64,000 bases of DNA. It comes from Cytophagales bacterium. Its GTDB lineage: Bacteria > Bacteroidota > Bacteroidia > Cytophagales > UBA9547. Shown here one piece after another: positions 30,944 to 42,351 of the stretch (its first letter is position 1; every line of letters begins with the position of its first letter). The notes beneath the pieces were generated by a model. The model did no database searches. It was given only the letters and a program-made list of their open reading frames with translations, and had not been told where the DNA came from. Where the stretch lies: NCBI GenBank assembly GCA_013297755.1, contig JAAFIH010000017.1:26264-90263 (forward strand), given 5' to 3'. The position numbers and the translations under genes are program-made.

Positions 30944-31430
30944 TACTATCTACCAACTACCAACTCCAAACTACCAACTACCAACTCCAAACTACTAACT
31001 ACCAACTACCAACTACCAACTATCAACTATCAACTATCAACTACTAACTACCAACTCCCAACTACTAACTCCAAACTCCCAACCACCAACTCCCAACCAC
31101 CAACTCCCAACTACCAACTACCAACTACCAACTACCAACTACCAACTACCAACTACCAACTACCAACTACCAACTACCAACTACCAACCACAAACCACTA
31201 ACTACCAACTACTAACTCCCAACTACCAACTACAAACTACCAACTCCCAACTCCCAACTACCAACTCCAAACTACCAACTACAAACTACCAACTCCCAAC
31301 TACAAACTACCAACTCCTAACTCCTAACTCCCAACTACCAACTACAAACTACCAACTACCAACCACAAACTACTAACTACCAACTCCCAACTCCCAACTC
31401 CCAACTACCAACCACCAACTATTTTCAAGA
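30944..31430. repeat. heptanucleotide tandem array, about 70 units, consensus CT(A/C)CCAA
   Basis: Uninterrupted 7-nt periodicity (CTACCAA, CTCCCAA, CTCCAAA, CTATCAA, CTACTAA, CCACCAA) over about 490 nt, in a single orientation. It is preceded by 2 x TCATAATTTATAAC. Confidence 0.9.
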
Positions 31431-31514
31431 TATTGAAATTTTAGTTTGGTTTATTTAGTACTAAAATACTATTTTTGTAACACATAATTTTTCTAAAAAA
31501 ACCTATTTAATAAT

Positions 31515-32417
31515 ATGAAAAATCAAACACTAGAAGTTGTAATGGATGGCTTAATGCGTAGATACATTGAGCGAGTGCCTGATGTAAAAAAAATAACTTC
31601 AGCAATGGTAGCCCATAACATCATCAAGAGTCTAGATGATATAGAGAACGATCATGTTGCCTTTAGAACTCTAGGGATAGACCATTTGGGCATACAGTCT
31701 TTTGAAAAGATGTTTTTAAAATTAGGGTATTCCAAAAAAGATTATTTTAATTTTGAAGGAAAAAAATTGAATGCCTACTGGTATGCTCCACCAACTGACA
31801 AATTTCCAAGAATATTTTTGAGTGAATTAAGAGTTGATACCTTATCTGAAAAATCACAAAAAATAATAAAAAAATATACCCAAAATATCACATCTGATCC
31901 TGTAGATAATTTGAATTTAGACAATGGTTTTGAAATAGATAATTTTCTTCACTCGCCTTTATGGAATCTACCCTCTTGGCAAGATTATCAAGATTTGCAA
32001 ACTGAATCTGAATATGCTGCTTGGGTTATTTATAATAGATATTACTTAAATCATTATACAATAAGTGTACATAACTTACCTGATGGATATAATGATATAT
32101 ACGACTTTAATATATTTTTGGAAAATCTTGGTATAAAACTCAATAACTCTGGTAGCGTTGTTAAAGTAAGTCCTGATGGTAATTTATTACAAAGCTCAAC
32201 TGTTGCAGAAATGATTAGGGCAAAATTTTCTGAAGGTACAGAACATGAAATATCTGGCAGTTATGTTGAATTTGCAGAACGTAAGATATTGCCTCAATAT
32301 AAAAACTTAGCTAAATCTGAAATTAAAAGAATACACAGAAGAGAAGGCTTTGAAACAAATAATGCAGATAAAATATTTGAAAGCACATTTTCAACTCAAA
32401 CGAATAGAAAATCTTAG
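31515..32417 (+). CDS. DUF1338 / HglS-like 2-oxoadipate dioxygenase-decarboxylase family protein
   Basis: N-terminal MDGLMRRYIERVPDV ... NDHVAFRTLG and C-terminal SYVEFAER, typical of DUF1338. Confidence 0.65.
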   Translation: MKNQTLEVVMDGLMRRYIERVPDVKKITSAMVAHNIIKSLDDIENDHVAFRTLGIDHLGIQSFEKMFLKLGYSKKDYFNFEGKKLNAYWYAPPTDKFPRIFLSELRVDTLSEKSQKIIKKYTQNITSDPVDNLNLDNGFEIDNFLHSPLWNLPSWQDYQDLQTESEYAAWVIYNRYYLNHYTISVHNLPDGYNDIYDFNIFLENLGIKLNNSGSVVKVSPDGNLLQSSTVAEMIRAKFSEGTEHEISGSYVEFAERKILPQYKNLAKSEIKRIHRREGFETNNADKIFESTFSTQTNRKS

Positions 32418-32676
32418 AAAGGAAACATTTTTGAATTAAAATAAATCTGGGTATTGAAATTTTAAATTTTATTATCAAAATGATAAAAATTTAATGTTTC
32501 AATACCATCTTTTTAAATATTATCAACATTTTTAGATTTAATTTATAAAAATTGCTAAATACTTTAATAATATTTATGTAACAATGTTTATAAGACCAGA
32601 AATGAGGCTTCAACCAAATTAAAGTTTTAACAATTTCACGTTTTTTTTAGAAAAGACGTTACTTTTTACTAAAAAA

Positions 32677-33372
32677 TCATAAAAATACCCTCAATCCAAA
32701 CACAATATTATGATAAATCATATTGTATTTGTTAAACCCATAAGTATCCTCTCGTTGCAAAATAGGAGCATTTTTGACAAAAGAGTAAGTAAATTTGTAC
32801 TCAGCATACAATCCCCAGCCTTCTCTAATCTTAAATTCTAACCCTGCACCCACATGAAAACCATATACTGGCACAAAGAAAATATCAGTTTTTGTGTTTC
32901 TATAAGTTACAGTATCAGTATAAATGGCTGTAGAGCTGGCAGATTTACTTTTTTGCAAAGCATGTGGACCATCCTTAAACTCCGACTGGCTCACTGTGAT
33001 AAATGAATAATTGACACCACCCATCAAATAAGGCGATAAAAACGATTCTATATTATTGAAATTATACTTAACATTAGCTCCAATAGTGGCTATATTGATA
33101 TTATAGTTGGGTTTTCGGGTATTCCCAATTTCAAAACTACCACCAAAGCAAAGATGATCGGTTAGTTGCCTGTATGCACTCACACCAAGTACTTGTCCAG
33201 GAGCAAATCCAGCATAAAAACGGTCTGGCTTGGCAGTTGAAGGGTCTATTTGCAAATCTTGTGGATAAAGCCTTGTACCTACATATACTTGTACATAATC
33301 AATCAATTGAGCTTGAGCAACAAAAGTAAAAAAGAGTAAGATAAATAAATATGTAATTTGTTTTTTCATCAA
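32677..33372 (-). CDS. outer-membrane beta-barrel (porin-family) protein
   Basis: Signal peptide ending AQAQ, amphipathic beta strands, and C-terminal FGLRVFL. Confidence 0.5.
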   Translation of the reverse strand: MMKKQITYLFILLFFTFVAQAQLIDYVQVYVGTRLYPQDLQIDPSTAKPDRFYAGFAPGQVLGVSAYRQLTDHLCFGGSFEIGNTRKPNYNINIATIGANVKYNFNNIESFLSPYLMGGVNYSFITVSQSEFKDGPHALQKSKSASSTAIYTDTVTYRNTKTDIFFVPVYGFHVGAGLEFKIREGWGLYAEYKFTYSFVKNAPILQREDTYGFNKYNMIYHNIVFGLRVFL

Positions 33373-33375
33373 TGT

Positions 33376-34368
33376 TTAGTTTTTACATACATTCAACATT
33401 TCAGTAACGCAACCAGTGGCATTTACTTTTATGCGACCTGCCCATCTGCAATTATTATCAGCACTTATGGCATCGTAGCTATAAACTCCATTTCCTTTTG
33501 GGAATTTTATGCCTGCATAGTCTGGGTTTCCATTAAAATCTATGCTGTCGCAGGTAACCCCATTAGGATTAGCTAAATAAGGTGAGTTTATTTGAGCCAC
33601 ATCTTCTAATTCGCCAGCAGCTGAAACAAATCTTATCGTTATGGGATATAATTCTAGTCTTTGGTCTATGCTGTAAAATCCTAAATTTCCAGTTTGACAA
33701 GGTGGGAGTTGCACTGTTACATTTTTACCACCGACCACATTTACAATTCCATACCAATCACATTCTTGCGATTTTGCTCGCCATGTCTGACGGCCTTTTT
33801 TGGCTACACTCGACACTACATCGCTGGTCGAAAGCACAGTTAGCGAATCAGATGTAATATAAAAATCTACAGGAAAACTTGGTTGAATTGTAGTAGCTAT
33901 AAAAGATACTAAGCCATCGGCAGGGATTAATTTAATTGTAACTTTATTGACAGATCCTTTTTTGAAACGATCTACTAGCTCAAAATTGAGTTTGTCGTTG
34001 TCATACAATAATGTTTTTCCTACAAAAACACTTGTATCTTTATAAAATGCAGCTATCCATATATCGCTATTGGGGGGTAAATCATTAAAAGTTAATCTAC
34101 CAGATGCGTCTGTATTTAGTTTTTGAATAGCATTGATTGGTTTTCGATTTTTTATACTTGCTGTATAATTTTCTAATTTGTCAAATACAGCCACTGTGGC
34201 ATTGGCTAAAGGTGCATTTTTGCCATCAAATTCAGTAACCACAGTTACTATCATTTCTGTATCAAATTCTTGTTTCAAAACCTCAGTTTTGCAACCTTGA
34301 ATTAGAATGATAAAACATAAAAAATAAAAATAAGTAATTTTAATATATTTTTTGTTTGAAATATACAT
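33376..34368 (-). CDS. putative lipoprotein, function unknown
   Basis: Lipobox-like LIQGC after a hydrophobic leader. It lies 3 nt upstream of the beta-barrel gene, so it is probably co-transcribed. Confidence 0.4.
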   Translation of the reverse strand: MYISNKKYIKITYFYFLCFIILIQGCKTEVLKQEFDTEMIVTVVTEFDGKNAPLANATVAVFDKLENYTASIKNRKPINAIQKLNTDASGRLTFNDLPPNSDIWIAAFYKDTSVFVGKTLLYDNDKLNFELVDRFKKGSVNKVTIKLIPADGLVSFIATTIQPSFPVDFYITSDSLTVLSTSDVVSSVAKKGRQTWRAKSQECDWYGIVNVVGGKNVTVQLPPCQTGNLGFYSIDQRLELYPITIRFVSAAGELEDVAQINSPYLANPNGVTCDSIDFNGNPDYAGIKFPKGNGVYSYDAISADNNCRWAGRIKVNATGCVTEMLNVCKN

Positions 34369-34550
34369 ATTCTTAACTAATAAATGACCTAATTTGTCTA
34401 TTCAATTATTACACAATAATAAACATTTTTTGTAAAGATATAAATAAAAAAATTATTTAAGTAATATTTTATCAACAAAAGTACTTTTTTGATGTTTTTC
34501 AAATGTTATAATTCAAAATTAATGTAGATAATTTATTTATAAAAGAAGGT

Positions 34551-35156
34551 TTATTTTTGCAATACAATTTTTTGGGTAATCTCTATTTCCTTTTTTGGGG
34601 TCGAAATAGTTACAAAATACATGCCATTTTTAAACTCAAAAAGTGATAGATTGGTGTCTTCTGTTGTTATTTGTTTCAATATTTTGCCATTGGTGTCAGT
34701 AATTAATATGTTTTTTGTTCCTTCTAGTATAAAATTTATTTTATCATTTGTTGGGTTTGGATATAAAACAATGTCATTTTTTTTACTAATCATTTGTTGT
34801 TCTATCAAAGTGCTTTTTACAACTATATTGGCGTATTTTAATCCTGTTTTTGTAGTGAGATGTACATAATATTGGCCATTTTCAAGTTCAGAACCTGAAT
34901 TTAAAATAGAATAATGCCCTAAAGGGAGATATTTATTATCGAAATAAGTTTTTACTACATGACCAAATTTATTATAAATTTTTAGGTTTATAGTATCAGC
35001 TATACTCACAGAAAAGTATATATATGACTTTTCAGACATCATATTTGAATTTACTTGATAATTGACAATAGATTGTGATGAAGCAAAAAAGAATGTTTGA
35101 AAAAAAAGTGTTATGCAAATTTTGGTATAAAGAAAATTTAAAATCTTTGTTTTCAT
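34551..35156 (-). CDS. T9SS type A sorting-domain-containing protein
   Basis: Signal peptide and C-terminal IVLYPNPTNDKINF ... GMYFVTISTPKKEIEITQKIVLQK. Confidence 0.6.
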   Translation of the reverse strand: MKTKILNFLYTKICITLFFQTFFFASSQSIVNYQVNSNMMSEKSYIYFSVSIADTINLKIYNKFGHVVKTYFDNKYLPLGHYSILNSGSELENGQYYVHLTTKTGLKYANIVVKSTLIEQQMISKKNDIVLYPNPTNDKINFILEGTKNILITDTNGKILKQITTEDTNLSLFEFKNGMYFVTISTPKKEIEITQKIVLQK

Positions 35157-35233
35157 GGACTAAATTGGGTAAAGGTATTACAAAACAAAAATAAGAATAA
35201 AAATGAAAATGAAAATGAAAATGAAAAGTAATA

Positions 35234-35845
35234 TTATTTCCAATCCAAACTATTAAGCATATATATAATATCTTTTTTGATATAAGATATAACTGGAGCT
35301 AGCGAATCGTTTTTTGTTGAAGTACGAAAATACAGGGCTCCTCTCAAAAAATGATTGGTAGTATCTGTGATATAAAATTGAAATTGGCTTGGCACATCGC
35401 CTTCTAGCTCAAAAATGGTGGCTGTTTTGCCTGAGGGAGTTTTTATCAAGGTTTCGTCTATGGCATAAGCTTTTATTTGATGCTTTGAGGTCAGCTTGTA
35501 CGAATCATTAACTAATTCATTTAAAAAATTTTTATTTTTAAAATCAATTTTATTACCTTTCAAGTCTTTGTAAGTAAGTTGTATAACTGCTCTATGTTGT
35601 GGATAAACAATATCTATCCAGTGGGCTTCTGCCGTTTTTGATGTATGTTGTTTTGCGACTGCATAAGAAGAATAATTAAACGTATAAGGATGTTTTTCCT
35701 TTAACACTTGATATTTGGGTAAAGGCAAATCTATGCGATGAAATCCTTTTGGTTTGGGCAAATAAGTAGTTTCGCAAGCCACTAGAAAACTAAATAAAGA
35801 AATAAATATGATTTTTTTTAACAATTTTTTGAATTTATTTAACAA
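35234..35845 (-). CDS. gldD: gliding motility lipoprotein GldD-like
   Basis: Lipoprotein leader LVAC followed by TYLPKPKGFHRIDLP, which matches my recollection of the conserved GldD N-terminus. About 200 aa. Confidence 0.6.
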   Translation of the reverse strand: MLNKFKKLLKKIIFISLFSFLVACETTYLPKPKGFHRIDLPLPKYQVLKEKHPYTFNYSSYAVAKQHTSKTAEAHWIDIVYPQHRAVIQLTYKDLKGNKIDFKNKNFLNELVNDSYKLTSKHQIKAYAIDETLIKTPSGKTATIFELEGDVPSQFQFYITDTTNHFLRGALYFRTSTKNDSLAPVISYIKKDIIYMLNSLDWK

Positions 35846-35866
35846 AAGTCGTAAAATTTAAGAATT

Positions 35867-36700
35867 TTGCATGATAAATTTTTAAAAAAAAATACTTTGA
35901 ATATTTTAGATACAATTATAGCTCGCAAAAAATCAGAAATTTTAGAAGCAAAAAACAGTATTTCTTACCATAAATTAGAAAAATCCATTCTTTTTGATTC
36001 TAAAAATATTAGTTTAAAAGATAAATTTATTACTAATAATTCTTTTGGAATTATTGCAGAGCATAAGCGAAAATCTCCTTCCAAAGGCATCATAAATGAT
36101 TCATTTTCGGTTGAATATGTTACCCAAGGCTATCAAAATGCAGGTGCTTATGCTTTGAGTATTCTTACAGACACAGATTTTTTTGGAGGCAGCCCACAAG
36201 ATTTATTACTTGCTCGCAAGGCGACTCAAATTCCAATTTTGAGAAAAGATTTTATCATTGACGAATATCAAATATTAGAAGCCAAAGCCTGGGGTGCTGA
36301 TGTAATTTTGCTCATTGCAGCCAACCTAGAACCCAAAGTGCTAGCACATCTAGCCAAATTTGCAGCTTCATTATCACTTGAAGTACTCATGGAAGTACAC
36401 GATAAAAGTGAATTGTTGCATAACTTGCATCCAAATATTGATTTCATTGGTGTAAACAATCGTAATCTAAAAACATTTGACGTGTCTATTGATACTTCAC
36501 TTCAATTGGCCGATATTATTCCAAATGATTTTATAAAAATTGCCGAAAGTGGACTTACTTCTGCTACCGAAATTTCAATTTTGCAAAAAGCAGGATTCAA
36601 AGGTTTTTTAATAGGAGAAAGTTTTATGAAAACTGATAATCCAGGTTTGGCGTGTAAAAAATTGATTGATGAAATTGATGTACTTAGTAATAAAAAATAA
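35867..36700 (+). CDS. trpC: indole-3-glycerol phosphate synthase
   Basis: IIAEHKRKSPSKGII, ILRKDFIIDEYQI and GVNNRNL motifs. The start codon is uncertain (TTG at 35867). Confidence 0.85.
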   Translation: MHDKFLKKNTLNILDTIIARKKSEILEAKNSISYHKLEKSILFDSKNISLKDKFITNNSFGIIAEHKRKSPSKGIINDSFSVEYVTQGYQNAGAYALSILTDTDFFGGSPQDLLLARKATQIPILRKDFIIDEYQILEAKAWGADVILLIAANLEPKVLAHLAKFAASLSLEVLMEVHDKSELLHNLHPNIDFIGVNNRNLKTFDVSIDTSLQLADIIPNDFIKIAESGLTSATEISILQKAGFKGFLIGESFMKTDNPGLACKKLIDEIDVLSNKK

Positions 36701-36767
36701 AAAAATCCTACTTTAAATCACTTTTGAGGTAACATTAAAATAGGATTTTTTAAATTTATAAAATGTA

Positions 36768-39386
36768 TTATTCCGCCACTGGAGATTCTGGCCCAGAAGT
36801 ATTATCATCCATTTCTAGAGAATCATTATCAGTTGCTAGACCATCTTCTGCAAGTGATTCGTCTTCAACACCTTCCATTTTTTCAATTTTTGCAATAGAA
36901 GATATCTCATCAGTATCGCTCAATTTTATTAATCTAACCCCTTGACTAACTCTGCCAATTACTCTCAAATTGGCCACAGACATACGAATAGTAATACCAG
37001 ATTTATTGATTATCATCAAATCATCGTTGTCGTTTACATCCATTAAAGCAACCAGTTTGCCTGTTTTTTCGGTTACATTGAGTGTTTTTACGCCTTTTCC
37101 ACCACGATTGGTTACTCTATAAATATCTTCTCCATCTTCTGGATCTACAAGATTTGTACGTTTGCCATAGCCTTTTTCTGATACCACAAGTAGGGTTGCA
37201 GATTTGGGGTCTGGTAAAGTTACCAAACCTACTACTTTGTCGTCTGGCATGTCTTCATCTAAGGTTACACCATTAACGCCAATCGAATTTCGGCCTACAG
37301 CCCTTACTTTGCTTTCATGGAAACGAATAGCTCTACCAGAACGCAATGCCAATATAACTTCGCAGTTGCCATTTGTAAGTTTTACATCCAATAATCTATC
37401 GCCCTCTTGTATATTAATGGCATTTATACCATTTTGTCGTGGTCTGGAGTATTCCTCTAACAATGTTTTTTTGATAGTACCTTGTTCGGTAGCCATTATC
37501 AAGTAATTGTTGTTGATAAAATCTTCATCTTTAAGATTATTGATATTTATTACTGCTCTTACGTTGTCATCGGCCTCAATATTTATCAAATTTTGGATAG
37601 CACGCCCTTTGGTAGCTTTGGCTCCTTCTGGTATTTCGTAGACTTTCATCCAAAATAGGCGACCTTTGTCAGTAAAAATAAATAAATAGCTGTGAGTGTT
37701 GGCCACAAATAGATGTTCTGTAAAATCAGATTCTTTAGATTTGGCACCTCTTGAGCCTGTTCCTCCCCTATTTTGGGTTTTAAATTCTATTAATTGAGTT
37801 CGTTTTATATAACCTTCGTGAGATATTGTAATGACTACTTGCTCGTCTTCTATCAAATCTTCAACAGAAATATCATCTGCAGCATATACAATACTTGTTC
37901 TTCGGGCATCTCCAAAACGCTCTTTAATTTGTATCAATTCTGCTTTTACAATATCCATTCTGCGACTTTCTTTATCCAAAATATCAATCAAATCTGCTAT
38001 TATAGCCATTAATTCATGGTATTCTTTTTCGATTTTTTCTATTTCAAGACCAGTCAATCTACGTAATTGCAAATCCAAAATAGCTCTTGATTGTATATCC
38101 GAAAGTTCAAATCGCTCCATCAAATTGACTCTTGCTACTTCAGGCTCTCTGGCATCTTTTATGATTTTTATTACTTCATCTATAGCATTTTCTCCTTTAT
38201 CGTTTTTGCCAAGAATTTTCATATAACCTTCCAAAAGATGGGCTCTTTTTTGGGCTTCTGCTAATTCAAATTTTGTTCTACGAGTAATAATTTCGTGTCT
38301 ATGTTCTACAAAATACTTTATCAATTCTTTGAGTGATAAAGTCATAGGGCGACCATGTACTAAACCTACGTTATTGACTGAAAATGAGGTTTGTAGCTGC
38401 GTGTACTTAAACAAATTGTTTAATACCACATTTGGTATAGTATCTCTTCTCAAATCAATCACAACACGATAGCCCTCTTTGTCAGATTCGTCTCTTACGC
38501 CTGTAATACCATCTATTATTTTTTCATTGACAAGTTCAGCAATTTTCTTAATCAGTTCTGCTTTATTTACTTGATAAGGAATACTTGTGATAATGATTTG
38601 ATCTTTGCCATTGGTGTTTTCAATTCTGGCATCAGATCGCATAACAATACGTCCACGACCAGTTTCATACATATTACGCATACCGCTATATCCATATATT
38701 TGAGCACCAGTGGGGAAATCTGGTGCTTTGATATATTTCATCAATTCAGTAGTATCTATTTCTCTATTATCAATATAGGCCAAAGTTCCATCAATAACTT
38801 CAGTAAGATTATGAGGTGCCATATTTGTTGCCATTCCCACAGCTATACCAGATGCTCCATTGACAAGCAAATTAGGAAAGCCACCTGGCAAAACGGTAGG
38901 CTCTTCTAACGAATCGTCAAAGTTGGGTTGCCAATTTACGGTATCTTTATTCAAATCTTTGAGCAGCTCTTCGGCTATTCTTGTCAATCGAATTTCGGTA
39001 TAACGCATGGCAGCAGGTGGGTCTCCATCTACAGAGCCAAAATTACCCTGACCATCTATCAATGGATATCTCAAACTCCAATGTTGAGCCATACGCACAA
39101 TGGCATCGTACACAGAACTATCGCCATGAGGGTGGTACTTACCCAAAACCTCACCCACCAAACGAGCAGATTTTTTGTAGGGTTTATTAAAATTTAAGCC
39201 CAATTCATCAGCAGCATACAAAATTCTGCGATGCACTGGCTTGAGACCATCTCTCACATCAGGCAAAGCACGAGATACTATCACAGACATAGAATAATCT
39301 ATATATGCTGTACGCATTTCGTCTTCTATACTGATTGGAATTATATTTTCGGTTGGTAAATCTAAATTATCAGGAATTTCTGCCAC
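36768..39386 (-). CDS. gyrA: DNA gyrase subunit A
   Basis: [12 protein letters not shown], the [16 protein letters not shown] region, the catalytic AAMRYTE tyrosine, C-terminal beta-pinwheel repeats and an acidic tail. Confidence 0.95.
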   Translation of the reverse strand: MAEIPDNLDLPTENIIPISIEDEMRTAYIDYSMSVIVSRALPDVRDGLKPVHRRILYAADELGLNFNKPYKKSARLVGEVLGKYHPHGDSSVYDAIVRMAQHWSLRYPLIDGQGNFGSVDGDPPAAMRYTEIRLTRIAEELLKDLNKDTVNWQPNFDDSLEEPTVLPGGFPNLLVNGASGIAVGMATNMAPHNLTEVIDGTLAYIDNREIDTTELMKYIKAPDFPTGAQIYGYSGMRNMYETGRGRIVMRSDARIENTNGKDQIIITSIPYQVNKAELIKKIAELVNEKIIDGITGVRDESDKEGYRVVIDLRRDTIPNVVLNNLFKYTQLQTSFSVNNVGLVHGRPMTLSLKELIKYFVEHRHEIITRRTKFELAEAQKRAHLLEGYMKILGKNDKGENAIDEVIKIIKDAREPEVARVNLMERFELSDIQSRAILDLQLRRLTGLEIEKIEKEYHELMAIIADLIDILDKESRRMDIVKAELIQIKERFGDARRTSIVYAADDISVEDLIEDEQVVITISHEGYIKRTQLIEFKTQNRGGTGSRGAKSKESDFTEHLFVANTHSYLFIFTDKGRLFWMKVYEIPEGAKATKGRAIQNLINIEADDNVRAVININNLKDEDFINNNYLIMATEQGTIKKTLLEEYSRPRQNGINAINIQEGDRLLDVKLTNGNCEVILALRSGRAIRFHESKVRAVGRNSIGVNGVTLDEDMPDDKVVGLVTLPDPKSATLLVVSEKGYGKRTNLVDPEDGEDIYRVTNRGGKGVKTLNVTEKTGKLVALMDVNDNDDLMIINKSGITIRMSVANLRVIGRVSQGVRLIKLSDTDEISSIAKIEKMEGVEDESLAEDGLATDNDSLEMDDNTSGPESPVAE

Positions 39387-39667
39387 TTATTTATAAAATT
39401 TTAAATTATTTTTTTCTTTTGATAAATTATAAAAACCTACTTTTTAATATTAAATACATCAACTTATCCCTACACATAGGCAAGCATAGCAACTGATTGT
39501 AGATTAATAAATTTATGCTCAAATATACATCTATTTTTTGATAATTTTATACACATAACCATTTTTGATTTAATATTTTAAATGTTATTTCAATTTAGTT
39601 AAATCCATAATAAATGATTACTTTAGAAATTTTTAAATATAAAAAAAATGCGTTTTACAAAAAAAAA

Positions 39668-40288
39668 TTAGTAATTTTTTAAAAAATCATGTACTTTTTT
39701 GTTTATTATTTTTTGTTGTATCCATTGATTTATTTTATAACTCAAAATAGCTGAGCCAGCACCTAAAGCAGCTCCTGCTACCACATCGCTTGGATAATGC
39801 ACACCCAAGTGCATACGTGAATAGCCCACTGTACCAGCCCAAACAAATGAAGGTACTATAAAATACCATTTTTTGTAATGTATGCTTATAGATGTGGCCA
39901 GAGCAAAAGACGTGCTTGTATGGCCTGACACAAAACTATATCCACCACCAGAAGTTAGTTTTTCGATTTCTGGATGTTCAGTAAATGGTCTTGGTCTATG
40001 CACACTCCATTTGATAATATGCGTAAACCCAGTATTTATCAACAAACCAAGTGCCATCTCTGCACCTTTGAGTTTTGTAAAATTATTTTTTTGTATAAAT
40101 CCTGCTGCTATTATACCTAAAGGAAAAAGTACAGACATTGGAGCAGCCGAGTGAGTAATCATTTTCATAGAATTATCAAAATCAGGATTTCTATCTACAT
40201 TGATAGCTCGCAATATATCTATATCTACGTTTTGAGAGAAAGTATTAATAGTAAGAAAAAAAAATAAACTAAAGAAGTATTTAGACAT
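39668..40288 (-). CDS. PAP2 family phosphatase
   Basis: KxxxxxxRP (KWSVHRPRP), SGH (SFVSGHTS) and SRxxxxxHxxxD (SRMHLGVHYPSD) motifs. Confidence 0.8.
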   Translation of the reverse strand: MSKYFFSLFFFLTINTFSQNVDIDILRAINVDRNPDFDNSMKMITHSAAPMSVLFPLGIIAAGFIQKNNFTKLKGAEMALGLLINTGFTHIIKWSVHRPRPFTEHPEIEKLTSGGGYSFVSGHTSTSFALATSISIHYKKWYFIVPSFVWAGTVGYSRMHLGVHYPSDVVAGAALGAGSAILSYKINQWIQQKIINKKVHDFLKNY

Positions 40289-40315
40289 TAAAAAAAAAGT
40301 AGTGTAAATAAAAAA

Positions 40316-40332
40316 AGCCTCAAAAAGAGGCT
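40316..40332 (-). terminator. Rho-independent terminator of the rpmB-rpmG-DUF4295 operon
   Basis: On the minus strand, AGCCTC-ttttt-GAGGCT followed by TTTTTTT, 24 nt after the DUF4295 stop. Confidence 0.6.
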
Positions 40333-40355
40333 TTAAAATATAAAATTTTGAAGAA

Positions 40356-40511
40356 TTAATTTTTAGAACTTAAAAACGATTGAACCTCATCAGAAGGCAT
40401 CATATCTTCTTTAAATGTATAACCACCATTTTCATTTTTTACGGCACGAACTACTTTAGCCCATTGTTTACCGCCTTCTTTTTTTAATGTTGCAACAACT
40501 TTCTTAGCCAT
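40356..40511 (-). CDS. DUF4295-like small protein (not in the supplied ORF track)
   Basis: Hand translation gives MAKKVVATLKKEGGKQWAKVVRAVKNENGGYTFKEDMMPSDEVQSFLSSKN, 51 aa. It lies immediately downstream of rpmG, as is usual in Bacteroidota. Confidence 0.65.
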   Translation of the reverse strand: MAKKVVATLKKEGGKQWAKVVRAVKNENGGYTFKEDMMPSDEVQSFLSSKN

Positions 40512-40519
40512 TTCTACTA

Positions 40520-40702
40520 TTATTTAATTTCTTTATGAACTGTTACTTTTTTCAAAATAGAATTATATTTTCTAAGCTCTATACGCTCAGTTGTATTTTT
40601 TCTGTTTTTGGTTGTGATGTATCTTGATGTACCTCTTTGGCCACTGTTTTTGTGCTCAGTACATTCTAGTATTACTTGTATTCTATTACCTTTTTTAGCC
40701 AT
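40520..40702 (-). CDS. rpmG: 50S ribosomal protein L33
   Basis: [17 protein letters not shown]...[10 protein letters not shown]...ELRKYN, 60 aa. Confidence 0.9.
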   Translation of the reverse strand: MAKKGNRIQVILECTEHKNSGQRGTSRYITTKNRKNTTERIELRKYNSILKKVTVHKEIK

Positions 40703-40733
40703 TATAGTATTTTATTTTTTTGCTTTTTGATAA

Positions 40734-40973
40734 TTAAGCAGTTAATTTACCTTTCATAAAAGCATCTTTCAATACAGCTGAAAGACCATTTTTGTTGATT
40801 GTACGAATAGCAGATGTTGCTACTTTCAATTCTACCCATCTGTTTTCTTCTTCAAGAAAAAACTTTTTAGTTTGCAAATTTGGGTAAAATTTTCTTTTTG
40901 TTCTATTGTTAGAGTGAGATACATTATTACCTACTCGAGTTCGCTTGCCTGTGATTTGACAAATGTTTGCCAT
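40734..40973 (-). CDS. rpmB: 50S ribosomal protein L28
   Basis: MANICQITGKRTRVGNNVSHSNNRTKRKFYPNLQ, 79 aa. Confidence 0.9.
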   Translation of the reverse strand: MANICQITGKRTRVGNNVSHSNNRTKRKFYPNLQTKKFFLEEENRWVELKVATSAIRTINKNGLSAVLKDAFMKGKLTA

Positions 40974-41130
40974 GACTTTATAATTCAGTTTTATTAAAAG
41001 GATTGCAAAAATAGTAATTTTATTTTGTTCAACAAAAAATATATAACTTTTTTTAAATTAATTTTCAACATTATCATAATTATAGGCAAATACAATATTT
41101 TTGGGAATTATTTAATTTATATATATTTGA

Positions 41131-42351
41131 TCAATTATTTACAATTTTATCGGCTACCACCTTGGCAGTACTCCAAGCTGCCTGAAAATTAAAACCACCT
41201 GTTACTCCATCAATATTTAATATTTCGCCTGCAAAATATATGTTGGGTTGTGATTTAAGATTTAAACTTTGTATGTTCAATTGCTCAAATGTGATTCCAC
41301 CACAGGTTACAAACTCTTCTTTAAAGGTAGTTTTGCCATTTAATGCTAAGGTGTTTTTTGTAAGAAGTTGTGCCATTTTTTGAATATTTTTTTTCCCACA
41401 TTCGGCCCACGATCGCTGTTGGCTTATTTCAGATTGCATACAAATAGTTTCCCAAAGTCGTTTTGGTACATCAAACAATGGGTTGGCTTGTATATTTTTT
41501 TTGCTATTTTTAAGTTGAAATTTCAATAAATCTTCTATACATTGGTCGCAAGTGTGTATGCCCAAAAAATTGATTTCAACGGAAAAAACATAATTTTGGG
41601 CTGCCAAAAACTCGGCAGCCCAAGCCGAAAGTTTAATAATTGCAGGGCCACTAAGCCCCCAATGGGTAAACAATAATGCTCCAGTTTGTGTGAAATCTGA
41701 CTCAAGGATAGAAATTTTAGCATTTGGCATTGAAACTCCTGATAAATGCTTATAAATCAGGCTTTTGTCATTGAAAGTAAATAATGAAGGTACAGGTGGT
41801 TGTATATCAATTCCTAAACTTTTGAGCCAATCATAGCTGCTCTCGTTAGGATGCCCTCCAGTGGCAATTACTACTTTATTAGCTTCAAATAATTGGTTTT
41901 CGGATTCTAATGTAATTTTATTTTTTTGATTTGAAATTTTTTTTACGCCTGTTTTTGTTTTAATCTCTATATTATAGGAGTGTGCTAAACCCAAAAAACA
42001 ATCAATAATTGTTTGAGATGTATTAGAAATAGGAAACATGCGTCCATCTGGCTCTGTTTTTAGTTTTACGCCATATTTTTCAAACCATAAAATAGTATCT
42101 TTAACGCTAAAGTAAGAAAAAATTGATTCTAATTGATTGTATCCTCGTGGATAATTTAAAATTAATTGATTTGTAAGGGTGCAATTATGTGTAACATTGC
42201 AACGTCCACCACCAGAAATTTTTACTTTTGATAATAACTTATCGCTTTTTTCTAAGATGATTATTTTGGCTTGGGGTTGTTTTTCTTTAATTGAAATGGC
42301 ACAAAAAAAACCTGCTGCTCCACCTCCTACAATGGCTATATCATAGCTCAC
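41131..42351 (-). CDS. NAD(P)/FAD-dependent oxidoreductase, HI0933/BaiN family
   Basis: VGGGAAGFF dinucleotide fold, ISGGGRCNVTH signature and C-terminal GEILNIDGVTGGFNFQAAW. Confidence 0.85.
   Translation of the reverse strand: MSYDIAIVGGGAAGFFCAISIKEKQPQAKIIILEKSDKLLSKVKISGGGRCNVTHNCTLTNQLILNYPRGYNQLESIFSYFSVKDTILWFEKYGVKLKTEPDGRMFPISNTSQTIIDCFLGLAHSYNIEIKTKTGVKKISNQKNKITLESENQLFEANKVVIATGGHPNESSYDWLKSLGIDIQPPVPSLFTFNDKSLIYKHLSGVSMPNAKISILESDFTQTGALLFTHWGLSGPAIIKLSAWAAEFLAAQNYVFSVEINFLGIHTCDQCIEDLLKFQLKNSKKNIQANPLFDVPKRLWETICMQSEISQQRSWAECGKKNIQKMAQLLTKNTLALNGKTTFKEEFVTCGGITFEQLNIQSLNLKSQPNIYFAGEILNIDGVTGGFNFQAAWSTAKVVADKIVNN

Noticed and set aside
30944-31430. Heptamer arrays as telomere-like or eukaryotic contaminant sequence
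   Set aside because: The arrays are internal and tightly flanked by typical bacterial genes and terminators. Related units also occur inside bacterial CDSs in the same window.
35203-35228. Short (AAATGA)x4 hexamer repeat between the T9SS-CTD gene and gldD
   Set aside because: It is a trivial microsatellite with period 6 and only 4 units, unrelated to the period-7 arrays.
35867-36700. Isolated trpC as an anomaly
   Set aside because: The gene is intact with all motifs. Dispersed trp genes occur in many genomes, and nothing further can be supported from the sequence.
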